NCBI GenBank assembly: GCA_903908245.1 | Contig: CAIVRE010000006.1 | Coordinates: 21,951-85,950, forward strand | DNA: 64,000 nt | Direction of reading: 5' to 3' | Origin: Candidatus Omnitrophota bacterium | GTDB lineage: Bacteria; Omnitrophota; Gorgyraeia; Zapsychrales; Fredricksoniimonadaceae | In this document: positions 51,444 through 60,594 of the stretch, piece by piece | Layout: every line of letters starts with the position of its first letter | How positions within the stretch are numbered: the stretch's first letter is position 1 | Translations under genes and position numbers: made by a program | The notes under the pieces: generated by a model | Told to the model about the DNA's origin: nothing | The model's input: only the letters and a program-made list of their open reading frames with translations | The model's database searches: none

Positions 51444-52032
51444 TGTGCTTTTTCCCCTTTGTTTTATTGTATTGCGTCATTGCGCCGGAAATCTCGCCCT
51501 TCACCCAAAGGCTGCAGCAATCCGCCGCATCCGAAATAAATGGGCCAAGCTCCTTTATTTCCCTGGCGTTGAACTCTGAAAGAACATAATCCGCCTGATC
51601 CATCCCCTGTGCCGGCGCGCTAACACCCAAACGCAATCGCGGATACTCCAGGGAACCAAGCTCCAACGCAATGGACTTATGGCCGTTATGCCCCCCATCC
51701 GAACCATTCGGCTTCAAACGCATCTCGCCGAACTCAAGCCTAATATCATCCGCCACGACCAGGATGTTCTCAACGGCGATCTTGTTGAAATGAGCGATCT
51801 CACGGACCGCCTGGCCCGAATTGTTCATGAACGTCAAAGGCAGGACCAGCCCGACAACCTCACTGCCTTCATTCCACTCTGCCACCAGGGCTGAACCCTG
51901 CCGGCTCTTTTTCCAATCGACTCCGGATCTCCTGGCCAATTCCATAAGGGCCATGAACCCGATATTATGCCGTGTCTTCTCATATTGCCGGCCGGGGTTC
52001 CCCAGGCCAACGCAAAGTTTCGATAGCCCCAA
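51430..52032 (-). CDS. pth: Peptidyl-tRNA hydrolase
   Basis: GLGNPG ... HNGH motifs. 200 aa. Confidence 0.9.
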   Translation of the reverse strand: MGLSKLCVGLGNPGRQYEKTRHNIGFMALMELARRSGVDWKKSRQGSALVAEWNEGSEVVGLVLPLTFMNNSGQAVREIAHFNKIAVENILVVADDIRLEFGEMRLKPNGSDGGHNGHKSIALELGSLEYPRLRLGVSAPAQGMDQADYVLSEFNAREIKELGPFISDAADCCSLWVKGEISGAMTQYNKTKGKKHNEQI

Positions 52033-52047
52033 AACAGAACTCCTGTA

Positions 52048-52800
52048 TTACTTTTTCGGAGCCGCAGGCTTGGCCGCGCCAGCCGCAGGCTTCGCACCGG
52101 CCGCCGGTTTTGCCCCTGCCGCCGGTTTCGCCCCTGCCGCCGCTTCCGCCGCAGGATCCTTGGGCTTCTCTTTAATAACTTCAAGTGTCGGTGCCACCAC
52201 TTCCGCATCGGCTGCGGGAGCTTCCTCACGACTGGAATAGACCACCGCCACCACCACCGCGCCCGGATCCATCTTGGTCCGGACACCGGACGGAAGAGCA
52301 AGGTCGCTGACATGGATCGCGTGATGCGTGTCGAGATTAGTCACATCCACTTCAATATGTTGCGGGATATCTTTCGGTAAACAGATCACTTCCAGCTCGC
52401 GCAACCCGTGCTCAAGCGTGGCCCCGATCTTCTTAAGGCCGATCGCCTCGCCTTTGACCACGATCGCCACACGGAAGGCGATCTCTTTATCCATTGAAAT
52501 GCGCTGAAAATCAATGTGATCGACCGCATCACTGACCGGATTAAAATATGTTTCCTTCGCCAGCGCGATACAATCACTGACCTTTTTTTCGCCTGCCAGG
52601 ATCTGCACCTGGAAAAGAATACTTTCCCCGTGATGCTCGCGCATGATACGGTCAAAATCCTTGCGCATCAGCTTGACCGACAAGGGTTTTTCCGCCCCGC
52701 CGTACACCACGCCAGGGATATAACCCGCCTTGCGAAGGGTCTTCACTTCCCCGGAGCCTGCTTCATTCCTGACCTGTAAATCCAATTTGATCTGTTCCAT
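52048..52800 (-). CDS. rplY: 50S ribosomal protein L25 / general stress protein Ctc with a low-complexity C-terminal tail
   Basis: L25 beta-barrel N-terminus plus Ctc domain. C-terminal (AGAKPA)n repeats. Confidence 0.85.
   Translation of the reverse strand: MEQIKLDLQVRNEAGSGEVKTLRKAGYIPGVVYGGAEKPLSVKLMRKDFDRIMREHHGESILFQVQILAGEKKVSDCIALAKETYFNPVSDAVDHIDFQRISMDKEIAFRVAIVVKGEAIGLKKIGATLEHGLRELEVICLPKDIPQHIEVDVTNLDTHHAIHVSDLALPSGVRTKMDPGAVVVAVVYSSREEAPAADAEVVAPTLEVIKEKPKDPAAEAAAGAKPAAGAKPAAGAKPAAGAAKPAAPKK
52060..52150. repeat. Imperfect tandem 18-nt repeats encoding the (AGAKPA)n tail of Ctc
   Basis: GGCTTCGCACCGGCCGCC / GGTTTTGCCCCTGCCGCC / GGTTTCGCCCCTGCCGCC. Confidence 0.7.
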
Positions 52801-52874
52801 AATCCGCTTCCCACCTTTTCCCTGTGATCCCGTTAATAGCTCTCTGCCGAGTACAGGCGGTTCATGAACCGCCC

Positions 52875-53834
52875 CTACCTATTGACCTCGAACAGGCAAC
52901 TGATCGACTGTTCGTTATGAATACGCTTGATCGCTTCCGCCAAAAGCGGAGCCACCGTCAGCTGCTTGATCTTCGAAACTTTCCTGGCCTTGGCGCTCAA
53001 AGGGATACTGTCCGTAATGACCAGCTCTTCCAACGCCTTGCATTCCGCCATACGCTCAACCGCAGGCCCGGACAGGACCCCATGGCTGACCGCGGCGTAA
53101 ACCTTGTCGACCCCGACCTCCTTCAGCGCCGTAATGGCCTCCGAAAGCGATCCACCGGTCGCCACAATATCATCCACCAAAACCGCAGTCTTCCCCTTGA
53201 CCTTCCCGAGGATATTCATCACTTCTGTCTCCTCCGGGCTCATGCGGCGCTTGTCAATGATCGCGAGGCCCGCACCCAAACGCTTGGCGTACGCGCGCGC
53301 CATGCGAATACCCCCGACATCAGGGGAAACGACTACAAGATTTTTCATATTCATCGCTTCAAAATATTCACAAAGCGTGTTGATCGCGTATAAATGATCC
53401 ACAGGAATATCAAAAAAACCCTGGATCTGACTGGCGTGCAGATCCATCGCAAGCACCCGGTCAACACCAGCCGCCGTAATAAGGTTCGCCACCAGCTTGG
53501 CCGTGATCGGAACGCGCGGCTGATCCTTGCGGTCCTGACGCGCGTAACCATAGAACGGAATAACCGCCGTGATCCGCTTGGCCGAGGCGCGCTTGGCGGC
53601 ATCGATCAGGATCAACAGCTCCATCAAATTATCATTCGTCGGCGAACAGGTCGGCTGAATAATGAACAGATCCTTGCCGCGCACGTTCGCCACGATCTGC
53701 ACGCGGATCTCACCCTCGCTGAAACGCGTACAAATAACCTCCGCGAGCGGAATATCCAGGCATTTACAGATTTTATCGGCCAATTCTTTATTGGCATTCC
53801 CCGAAAGGACACAGATCTCGCTCATAAAGCTCAT
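52875..53834 (-). CDS. prs: Ribose-phosphate pyrophosphokinase
   Basis: PRPP synthetase motifs including the PRPP-binding VLVDDIVATGGS. Confidence 0.95.
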   Translation of the reverse strand: MSFMSEICVLSGNANKELADKICKCLDIPLAEVICTRFSEGEIRVQIVANVRGKDLFIIQPTCSPTNDNLMELLILIDAAKRASAKRITAVIPFYGYARQDRKDQPRVPITAKLVANLITAAGVDRVLAMDLHASQIQGFFDIPVDHLYAINTLCEYFEAMNMKNLVVVSPDVGGIRMARAYAKRLGAGLAIIDKRRMSPEETEVMNILGKVKGKTAVLVDDIVATGGSLSEAITALKEVGVDKVYAAVSHGVLSGPAVERMAECKALEELVITDSIPLSAKARKVSKIKQLTVAPLLAEAIKRIHNEQSISCLFEVNR

Positions 53835-55111
53835 ACCTTTTTAATGACCCTGGCCGGCATCCCCACCGCCAATTTCCCAGCCGGGACATCACGCCCCGCC
53901 GTCACCACACTGCCGGCACCGACCTTGGAACCTTTGCCGATCTTGACCGGAGCGATCAGGACACTGTCACAACCGATGAACGCGCCCGGGCCGATCAAAG
54001 TTTTGTTCTTGTTCTTTCCGTCGTAATTCGCCGTCACCGTCCCGCAGCCGATATTCGCGCCGCGGCCGACGGTCGTATCTCCCAGAAAACTGAAATGCTT
54101 CATGTTCACGTCATCCCCCAGGACAGAGCGGGAGACTTCCGTAAAATTCCCCACCGAAACATTATTCCCAAGCCTTGTCCCCGGACGAAGCCTCGCAAAA
54201 GGCCCGACCGAACAATTCCGTCCGACAAAAACATCATGATGGATATACGTGCAGGGATAAATGACCGTATCCTGGCCGATGCTCACATCATTCTCGACAT
54301 ATGTAGTGGACGGGTCAACAATGGTCACCCCTTTATCCATCAACCGGCCCAGGATCTTCTGGCGAAGGATATCCTCGGATAAAGCCAGGTCCGCGCGGGT
54401 ATTAAGCCCTAAATTCGCCGTCCAGTCGTCCGTGACCAGCGTTTCAACCCCCAGGCCCCGATCCAGGAACAATTCAATGATATCTGTAAGATAATATTCC
54501 TTCTTGTTCGCGTTCGCTTTTATGTCACCGATCGCGCTAAAAAGCTTTTTTGCATTAAAACAGTAAACCCCGGTATTGATCTCGCGGATATTCAACTCTT
54601 CCGCCGAAGCATCCTTATGCTCACGAATGGCCAGGAACTTGTTCCCGGCATCCCGGATGATACGGCCGTAACCGAAAGGATCATCCAATAAACATGTTAA
54701 AACTGTAACGGCCGCCCCTGTCTTTTCATGTTTCACCGCCAGACGGCGCACGATCCCGCGGTCCAGAAGCGGCGTATCGCCGCACATGACCAGCACCGTG
54801 CCAGCATCATTCCTGAAGAACGGCGCACACATTTTAACCGCATGAGCGGTGCCAAGCTGCTTTGACTGCACCACGATCCTGGCCCGGCCGCCCACCGCAT
54901 CCGCCACCTTTTCCGCCTGATGGCCAACCACCACATATGTTGTCAAAGAACCGACCGCCTCAGCCACATCCAGCACATAATGCAAGGCTGGCTTACCGGC
55001 GAGACAATGCAAAACCTTCGGCATCGCAGACTTGAAACGCGTCCCCTTGCCTGCCGCCAGAACAATGGTCTTTAAATTTTTTGCCATAAAAACCGAAACG
55101 CCCGTATTCAC
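53831..55111 (-). CDS. glmU: Bifunctional UDP-GlcNAc pyrophosphorylase / GlcN-1-P N-acetyltransferase
   Basis: LAAGKGTR nucleotidyltransferase motif and a C-terminal LbH acetyltransferase. Start may be the internal MAKNLK at 55087. Confidence 0.9.
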   Translation of the reverse strand: MNTGVSVFMAKNLKTIVLAAGKGTRFKSAMPKVLHCLAGKPALHYVLDVAEAVGSLTTYVVVGHQAEKVADAVGGRARIVVQSKQLGTAHAVKMCAPFFRNDAGTVLVMCGDTPLLDRGIVRRLAVKHEKTGAAVTVLTCLLDDPFGYGRIIRDAGNKFLAIREHKDASAEELNIREINTGVYCFNAKKLFSAIGDIKANANKKEYYLTDIIELFLDRGLGVETLVTDDWTANLGLNTRADLALSEDILRQKILGRLMDKGVTIVDPSTTYVENDVSIGQDTVIYPCTYIHHDVFVGRNCSVGPFARLRPGTRLGNNVSVGNFTEVSRSVLGDDVNMKHFSFLGDTTVGRGANIGCGTVTANYDGKNKNKTLIGPGAFIGCDSVLIAPVKIGKGSKVGAGSVVTAGRDVPAGKLAVGMPARVIKKV

Positions 55112-55298
55112 TAATATAATAGTGGCACACGAGACGATAAAATAGCCATGGAACCGCTAAGGTGCGATAGTATATCTTACGACTTTTTTTTCGTCAAGGA
55201 GAATTAGGCGCCTTGATTTATCCTCAAAAGGGTTGCTAAACCCTGGTTTATCTTTTATACTTAAATTGTCGATTGACCAGAAATCTACAAAGGTCCCT

Positions 55299-56885
55299 AT
55301 GCTTTTAAAAAATAAAGGGCAATCCGTTCTCGAATATATGCTGCTCGCCTCGATCATTATGGTCGGGATCATCATTGGCGGGCCTATATTATTAAAATCC
55401 GTCCAGGGCTATTTCCAGCTCACCGATGAAAGCGTACAGGACGCGACTTCCGAGATCATCCAGCAGGCCCCCGATGCCACGAATATCCCCAAGATCTGCG
55501 GATGTTCGAACGGCACCACCGCCCTGCCCAGCGCACTGAACATCGGCAGCTATCAGGCCGCCGGCTGGTCACAAGGCGAGTGCGGCGTAGGCAACTGCAG
55601 TGCCCTGCAAAGATACTTTTACCGCACCTGCTCTCCGATCAAATGCGCGGCGGAAGAAGCCTGCGTTCCCGACGGCACCTGCTGCTCTGCGCCAGAGCCT
55701 CTGAGCTGCGGGACACGCTTCTCGGCAGGTTCAGCCACTTTGAACTGTACCCAGGCTGGAAAGACCAAAACCACCCTGGATGCAAGATTCGGCGGCTCCT
55801 ATACCAACACCTGTGACCTGTTATCCGCCAACGGCTACGACTGCCTTGTCGGCCAACGATTATATGTCAGACAATGCGCCAATGCCGCCAACCCCAGCAC
55901 GAAAGACACGATCTATGCCTGCAAAGGCCCGGATGATGAGACAAAGCAAAATTGCCTGCCTACCTGCTGGCAGTATCCTTTCCCGGGATCAAAACCCTGC
56001 AACGGGCCCGCTACAGGGGACGCCGAAAAAGATGACTACATGGTCCGGGAGAATGCACTCCAGGACGCCAAGGCCACGGCCATCGCCCTGCGCACAGACC
56101 TGATCCCGGAAGTCATCTACCGTCAATCCGCCACCAACTCGGGCGATAACCCGCCCAACATCAATGAAGAACCGAAGGATATGGCCTATTACGCACGGGT
56201 AAGCGCGCACCTCGTCGAACCACCCCCTCATAACCCCTACAGGATCCTGACCAAGAACGCGGAAACATCCGATATCCTGAAGTTCAACTCTTACCGCGCT
56301 CATTATGTATATTTAAAAGCCAACCAATGCGCCGACGCGCGCTATTGCGAAAGGCGCTGTCCCGGCGGCTATGGGCCGAATCCGGAAGGCCTCAGGGGCA
56401 TGCGCGAGAATGAAAGCTGCGCACAGTTGGCCTGCCTGTACGGCTGGTGGCCGGAAATAGAACCCCTGCCTGTAGCCGCGGGCTCGCGAGACACAGCAAA
56501 AGCATCCCCGGCCAACCAGATATGCGACGCCCTTGATGAACCGAAAATATGCCTCCCCAATACAGATATTTGCGGCTATATCGCCGTATGCTCATCCCCG
56601 TCTGGATACAGTTACCGGACATCCGACACCAGCGGCAGCTTTGATCTGAAGAAACTCGCTGACTCTGCAGCCCCTTGCGATACCGGGTATCGCAAGATCT
56701 CCGACCTGCACAACAAGATAACATACTGTTATAAAGCGACCCCAAGCGCCAGCCCCATAGCGGCACTCCCCGCCGACTTCCATTGTGACGCCGGCAATAT
56801 CTTTGTTGAAAGCTTCGGCTATCCGGCAAATGCGGCCACCAAAGACAACACTCTCTTTTTTACGCTCCTCGGATGCGACAACTGA
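55299..56885 (+). CDS. Cysteine-rich (~40 Cys) 528-aa secreted protein with an Flp/type-IV-pilin-like class III signal peptide
   Basis: MLLKNKG|QSVLEYMLLASIIMVGIIIGG: a short basic leader ending in Gly, Glu at +5, Tyr at +6 and a hydrophobic helix, matching the prepilin peptidase motif G/xxxxEY. The remainder is a unique Cys-rich extracellular region. Confidence 0.7.
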   Translation: MLLKNKGQSVLEYMLLASIIMVGIIIGGPILLKSVQGYFQLTDESVQDATSEIIQQAPDATNIPKICGCSNGTTALPSALNIGSYQAAGWSQGECGVGNCSALQRYFYRTCSPIKCAAEEACVPDGTCCSAPEPLSCGTRFSAGSATLNCTQAGKTKTTLDARFGGSYTNTCDLLSANGYDCLVGQRLYVRQCANAANPSTKDTIYACKGPDDETKQNCLPTCWQYPFPGSKPCNGPATGDAEKDDYMVRENALQDAKATAIALRTDLIPEVIYRQSATNSGDNPPNINEEPKDMAYYARVSAHLVEPPPHNPYRILTKNAETSDILKFNSYRAHYVYLKANQCADARYCERRCPGGYGPNPEGLRGMRENESCAQLACLYGWWPEIEPLPVAAGSRDTAKASPANQICDALDEPKICLPNTDICGYIAVCSSPSGYSYRTSDTSGSFDLKKLADSAAPCDTGYRKISDLHNKITYCYKATPSASPIAALPADFHCDAGNIFVESFGYPANAATKDNTLFFTLLGCDN

Positions 56886-56910
56886 CCTGAAATTGATCGT
56901 GCGCTTGGCA

Positions 56911-58131
56911 ATGGCAAAGAAACTCCGTATCCTTCTTCATTACACCCACAAACAAACTCTCGGCCACACCACCCGCACGATCTCGCTTGCGACATCTATT
57001 GTTGATCACCACGCAACAAAAACAAGCCTTCTGCTCCTGCAGGGTGGAGCGCTTCAACCCCTTATAGAACACCCCAAAGGGTACAGGCTCCTGAACATCC
57101 CCTTCCCGTTCGATACCCGGGACAGTTTTCGCTCCCGCTCAATACCGCAGCGAACAACCGAACGCGCCGCGTTCATCCTTAAAGCCGCGCAAGAATTCAC
57201 CCCCGGCGTCTTTATAACAGAATTCTTCCCTTTCGGCCGTTCAGCCTATATCCCGGAACTTCTTCCGGCGTTGCGTTATTTGCGGAAGACCGGCTGCAGG
57301 ATCATTGCCAGTATCGGCTATCCTCTCATCATCGACCTGATCCGCCTTCAGGACAGGCAATTCGCGGCGGTATATAAAGCCCTGCTGTCCTTTTACGATG
57401 CCTTCCTGATCCACACACCCGAACAACTCGAAACGCCCTATTTTCTAAGGTCCATCGCCTCAAAAGAGATCGCGGACCTTTACACCGCGACCCTTGGATC
57501 GATCAGAAAGAAAATGATCCATACCGGCTATATTTTCCCCCGGCGAATACTGACACCGACGAAGAACGACGGCCTTGAAAAACTCCCCCCCGCCCCGAAT
57601 ACAGTGATTGTCAGCCGCGGCGGCGGCGCTGTATATCCCAAACTCATTGTCAACGCGATCCAAGCTCAAAAACTCCTCGGGAAGAACTTCCGGATGATCA
57701 TCGCCTGCGGCCCATCCACATCCGAAAAAGAAATGTCCCTCTTTAAACAGGTCCTGAAAGAAAACAAAGGCAGCCCGATCCTTTTGACCAGCCACCTCTC
57801 CGACCTGGATGATCATCTGCGGACCTGCCAGGTCTCGATAAGCCTCTGCGGCTATAATACATCGGTACAACTGATGCGCCATGGCACTCCGTCGGTGATC
57901 GTGCCCTACAGTAACGGGCTCTCCCGGATGCCCACCAATGACCAGATCGCCCGTGCCGCCCTTCTTCAAGAGAAATTCGCAAGCACCGTCCTGTCTTACG
58001 ACACGCTGACCCCCCGGTCGCTCGCCCAGGCCATTCGTGCGCGGGCCGACCGGCCGCGGCCGGCCCCGGCGCCATTGTCCTGGTTCCAGGGAGCGCGAAC
58101 CTCTGCCAAGATCATCGTCGAGGAGGCCTAA
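56911..58131 (+). CDS. GT-B fold glycosyltransferase (GT28/MurG-like)
   Basis: N-terminus MAKKLRILLHYTHKQTLGHTTRT (degenerate GGTGGH loop) and a MurG-like C-terminal nucleotide-sugar-binding half. Listed ORF starts further upstream, overlapping the preceding gene. Confidence 0.6.
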   Translation: MAKKLRILLHYTHKQTLGHTTRTISLATSIVDHHATKTSLLLLQGGALQPLIEHPKGYRLLNIPFPFDTRDSFRSRSIPQRTTERAAFILKAAQEFTPGVFITEFFPFGRSAYIPELLPALRYLRKTGCRIIASIGYPLIIDLIRLQDRQFAAVYKALLSFYDAFLIHTPEQLETPYFLRSIASKEIADLYTATLGSIRKKMIHTGYIFPRRILTPTKNDGLEKLPPAPNTVIVSRGGGAVYPKLIVNAIQAQKLLGKNFRMIIACGPSTSEKEMSLFKQVLKENKGSPILLTSHLSDLDDHLRTCQVSISLCGYNTSVQLMRHGTPSVIVPYSNGLSRMPTNDQIARAALLQEKFASTVLSYDTLTPRSLAQAIRARADRPRPAPAPLSWFQGARTSAKIIVEEA

Positions 58132-58132
58132 A

Positions 58133-59176
58133 ATGGAGCATCAAGCCTTCACCGGAATGGACGCGCGCCGTTTTGACACAAGGGACTTCAATATCAACCG
58201 GCCCGAAGTTGAACGCTTATGCGCCATATTCAATACCGGCAGGCTGCTGGAGTGGATCCCCGAAAAAGGCCTGCGCCTGTCCCACTCGAACTTCACCGTT
58301 TACGCGAAGTGTTCCCGTGGACAATATATTTTTAAATTCCAGCCGGCCACGAATGAATGGTTCCGGCGCATTGAAAAGAACGTTCAAACAGAATGGCTCC
58401 TCAACCGCCTGCTGATATCCAAGACTATCGCGGTCCCGCCCATGTTCCGCGCGAACGACCGCCGGCCTTATGCCTTATCCGGTCAATATTGCACGACCTG
58501 CTATACCTATCTCGACGGTTACCCTGCCTACCAGAACAAGCTCGTCCCCAGGCAGGTCGCCAGGATCAATCGCGCCCTTTTCCTCCTGGATCAGGCCCTG
58601 GACACAGCGCCGGCTATCGTTAAATTGCTTAAAACAGAACCCCTCATAAAGAAATTGCGCCCGCTGACCGAAGCCGCTCCTGCATGCCCCCCCGCACAGG
58701 AAGCCCTCAAAGCTTTTAAAAGAACATATTCCGAAACCCCCCGGCTCTTTGTGGCACGGCCCGTCCATGCCAATCTCTCCCTGGCCAACATTTTCTTCTG
58801 CAATGGCCAGGCCTATATCCTGGACATCGGCCATATCCAGACAGACCAGGAATTATCCGGATTGGCGACATTGATCACCTCCTGCATTTTCCTGAGAAAA
58901 CCATCTTCGGTGATCCGCGGCCTTGTGCAAGGCTATTTCAAAGAACACCGGCTGGAGAAAGAAAAACTGGGCGTCTTGAATATCCTCGTTCAGCTTGATC
59001 TGGCCAAAGAATATATCAAGTTGAACACGCGGGGAGAAGAACGGGCCCGGCAGCTGCCGACCAACCGCCTGCAGAAAGAATATTCTTACCACCTTGGAAA
59101 ACGGATTGAAATGCTCAGGAACCTGCTTGAAAAGAAGAACGGCGGCCAAGAACGTCCGATAACAGGATTATTTTAA
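58133..59176 (+). CDS. Aminoglycoside-phosphotransferase-fold kinase-like protein with catalytic Asp replaced by Asn
   Basis: Perfect AGGAGG Shine-Dalgarno 7 nt upstream. VHANLSLANIFF aligns to HGDLHPGNLL (H-x-N instead of H-x-D). ILDIGH aligns to the IDxE/DFG-like metal site. Confidence 0.55.
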   Translation: MEHQAFTGMDARRFDTRDFNINRPEVERLCAIFNTGRLLEWIPEKGLRLSHSNFTVYAKCSRGQYIFKFQPATNEWFRRIEKNVQTEWLLNRLLISKTIAVPPMFRANDRRPYALSGQYCTTCYTYLDGYPAYQNKLVPRQVARINRALFLLDQALDTAPAIVKLLKTEPLIKKLRPLTEAAPACPPAQEALKAFKRTYSETPRLFVARPVHANLSLANIFFCNGQAYILDIGHIQTDQELSGLATLITSCIFLRKPSSVIRGLVQGYFKEHRLEKEKLGVLNILVQLDLAKEYIKLNTRGEERARQLPTNRLQKEYSYHLGKRIEMLRNLLEKKNGGQERPITGLF

Positions 59177-59849
59177 TTCCCCCTTTGTCACGCCAGCGGG
59201 AAATCCCCTTCAGAAAGAACTGCAATTCCCCCTCCAGCCCTTGCGCCGCGAACTCTTCATGATGAAGAAGGATCCCGGTCAATTGGCCCGGAACAACCGC
59301 CCGCACCAGATGCCGCAGCATATATCGGTGATCCATCTTCTTCCCCTGACCGTTGCGGGCGCCAAAAGATATTCCGGCGGGGATATCAAGGACTTTATCT
59401 CCGGGAGAGAACGCCTTCTTGCCGGCAGAAAAACCGGCGAACCTGCACTTTTTCACAAGGCCGAGCGTTGTCGCGTCATATCCATGGAACGGAGGAACAA
59501 AGACCGAAGTGAACATTTTTCCGAAAACCGACTTCATCACGGACATCCCCCTCTTAAGATCACGCCCCTGGCAAGCGGCGCAACGCGAAGGCCCGAACTC
59601 ATACTTCCGCTCTCCCGGGCGGGAATGATCCGCATGGCTCCAGCCATGCTGAACAATATCCAATAATCCAGGCGTCCGCGCTTTCTGGCGCTTTAACATA
59701 CCCGCCAGTCGGCTGTCCAGGCCATCAGGGATCACCGCGTACACCACGGGAAGATCCTTCTCCAGGAATAAACGAAAGAATTCCTTGAAATAACCGCCTG
59801 CAGCCTTTACATCATCATCCCGGATAAAAAGATACGCCGGCCTCATCAC
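59115..59849 (-). CDS. Divergent NodB-like polysaccharide/carbohydrate deacetylase
   Basis: FIRDDDV ... VQHGWSHADH motif pair as seen in divergent polysaccharide-deacetylase families. 244 aa. Last gene of the minus-strand operon. Its 3' end overlaps the kinase-like gene by 62 nt. Confidence 0.5.
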   Translation of the reverse strand: MMRPAYLFIRDDDVKAAGGYFKEFFRLFLEKDLPVVYAVIPDGLDSRLAGMLKRQKARTPGLLDIVQHGWSHADHSRPGERKYEFGPSRCAACQGRDLKRGMSVMKSVFGKMFTSVFVPPFHGYDATTLGLVKKCRFAGFSAGKKAFSPGDKVLDIPAGISFGARNGQGKKMDHRYMLRHLVRAVVPGQLTGILLHHEEFAAQGLEGELQFFLKGISRWRDKGGIKIILLSDVLGRRSSFQAGS

Positions 59850-59850
59850 G

Positions 59851-60594
59851 TCAACCTCCCCGCTTTCGGCAACAGTTCAACGCCAGCGCTCTGACACTCG
59901 CCGGGACCTGCAACTCGGGTTTGCCCACGCAGGGAAATAAAACGGATAGATCCGGCGACAATGAACGCAGCAACCGCTTGCCTTTCTTAAGCGGTGCCGG
60001 GATACGGACAGCAGCATCAAGGACCGCCTTCTCAAGGAAAGGGAATACGATTTCCCGGCCGGAATCTGCCGCGATGATCCCGTGATGACGTACCATCTCC
60101 CGCGCCTGGCTGCGCCGCCGGGCGGTTGACGGTCCCCGGGCCATCGCCTCTTCCCCCAGCCACTGATCACTGCCCATCCCTGCCCAGAAACGTTTGAACG
60201 AAGACGGAAGTTTCAGGAGCGCGGCATGCAAAAGAGGGATGTCATAATCGCGGCCCCTTCCTTTCAAAAGCTCCTCAACGCGTATCGCAGAAAGAATATA
60301 TTCTTTCAGGGAAACCCGGACCACCTGATGCCTGGCCTTAAGCAGACGGGCCGCCCGTTGAGCCTCAAGGACCGTACGCGGATTATACCTGTCGAAAGCC
60401 ACCGTGACCGCCGCAACGCCGGGGAAAACCTGCCTGGCCTGTTCATATAAGAAAATCGAATCAAAACCGCCGCTGAACATTACCGCCGACGGAATGCCTC
60501 CCGACCGGATGGCCACGGCCATCGCGGCACACAACTCGACACGGAATTGCTCCGTCCGAAGATTCTTTTCAGGATTAGCCGTTTTTCTTTTCAT
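59851..60594 (-). CDS. PP-loop ATP-pyrophosphatase, asparagine-synthetase-B-like C-terminal domain only (PseA/WbuX-type amidotransferase candidate)
   Basis: PP-loop MFSGGFDS. 247 aa with no glutaminase domain. Confidence 0.6.
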   Translation of the reverse strand: MKRKTANPEKNLRTEQFRVELCAAMAVAIRSGGIPSAVMFSGGFDSIFLYEQARQVFPGVAAVTVAFDRYNPRTVLEAQRAARLLKARHQVVRVSLKEYILSAIRVEELLKGRGRDYDIPLLHAALLKLPSSFKRFWAGMGSDQWLGEEAMARGPSTARRRSQAREMVRHHGIIAADSGREIVFPFLEKAVLDAAVRIPAPLKKGKRLLRSLSPDLSVLFPCVGKPELQVPASVRALALNCCRKRGG

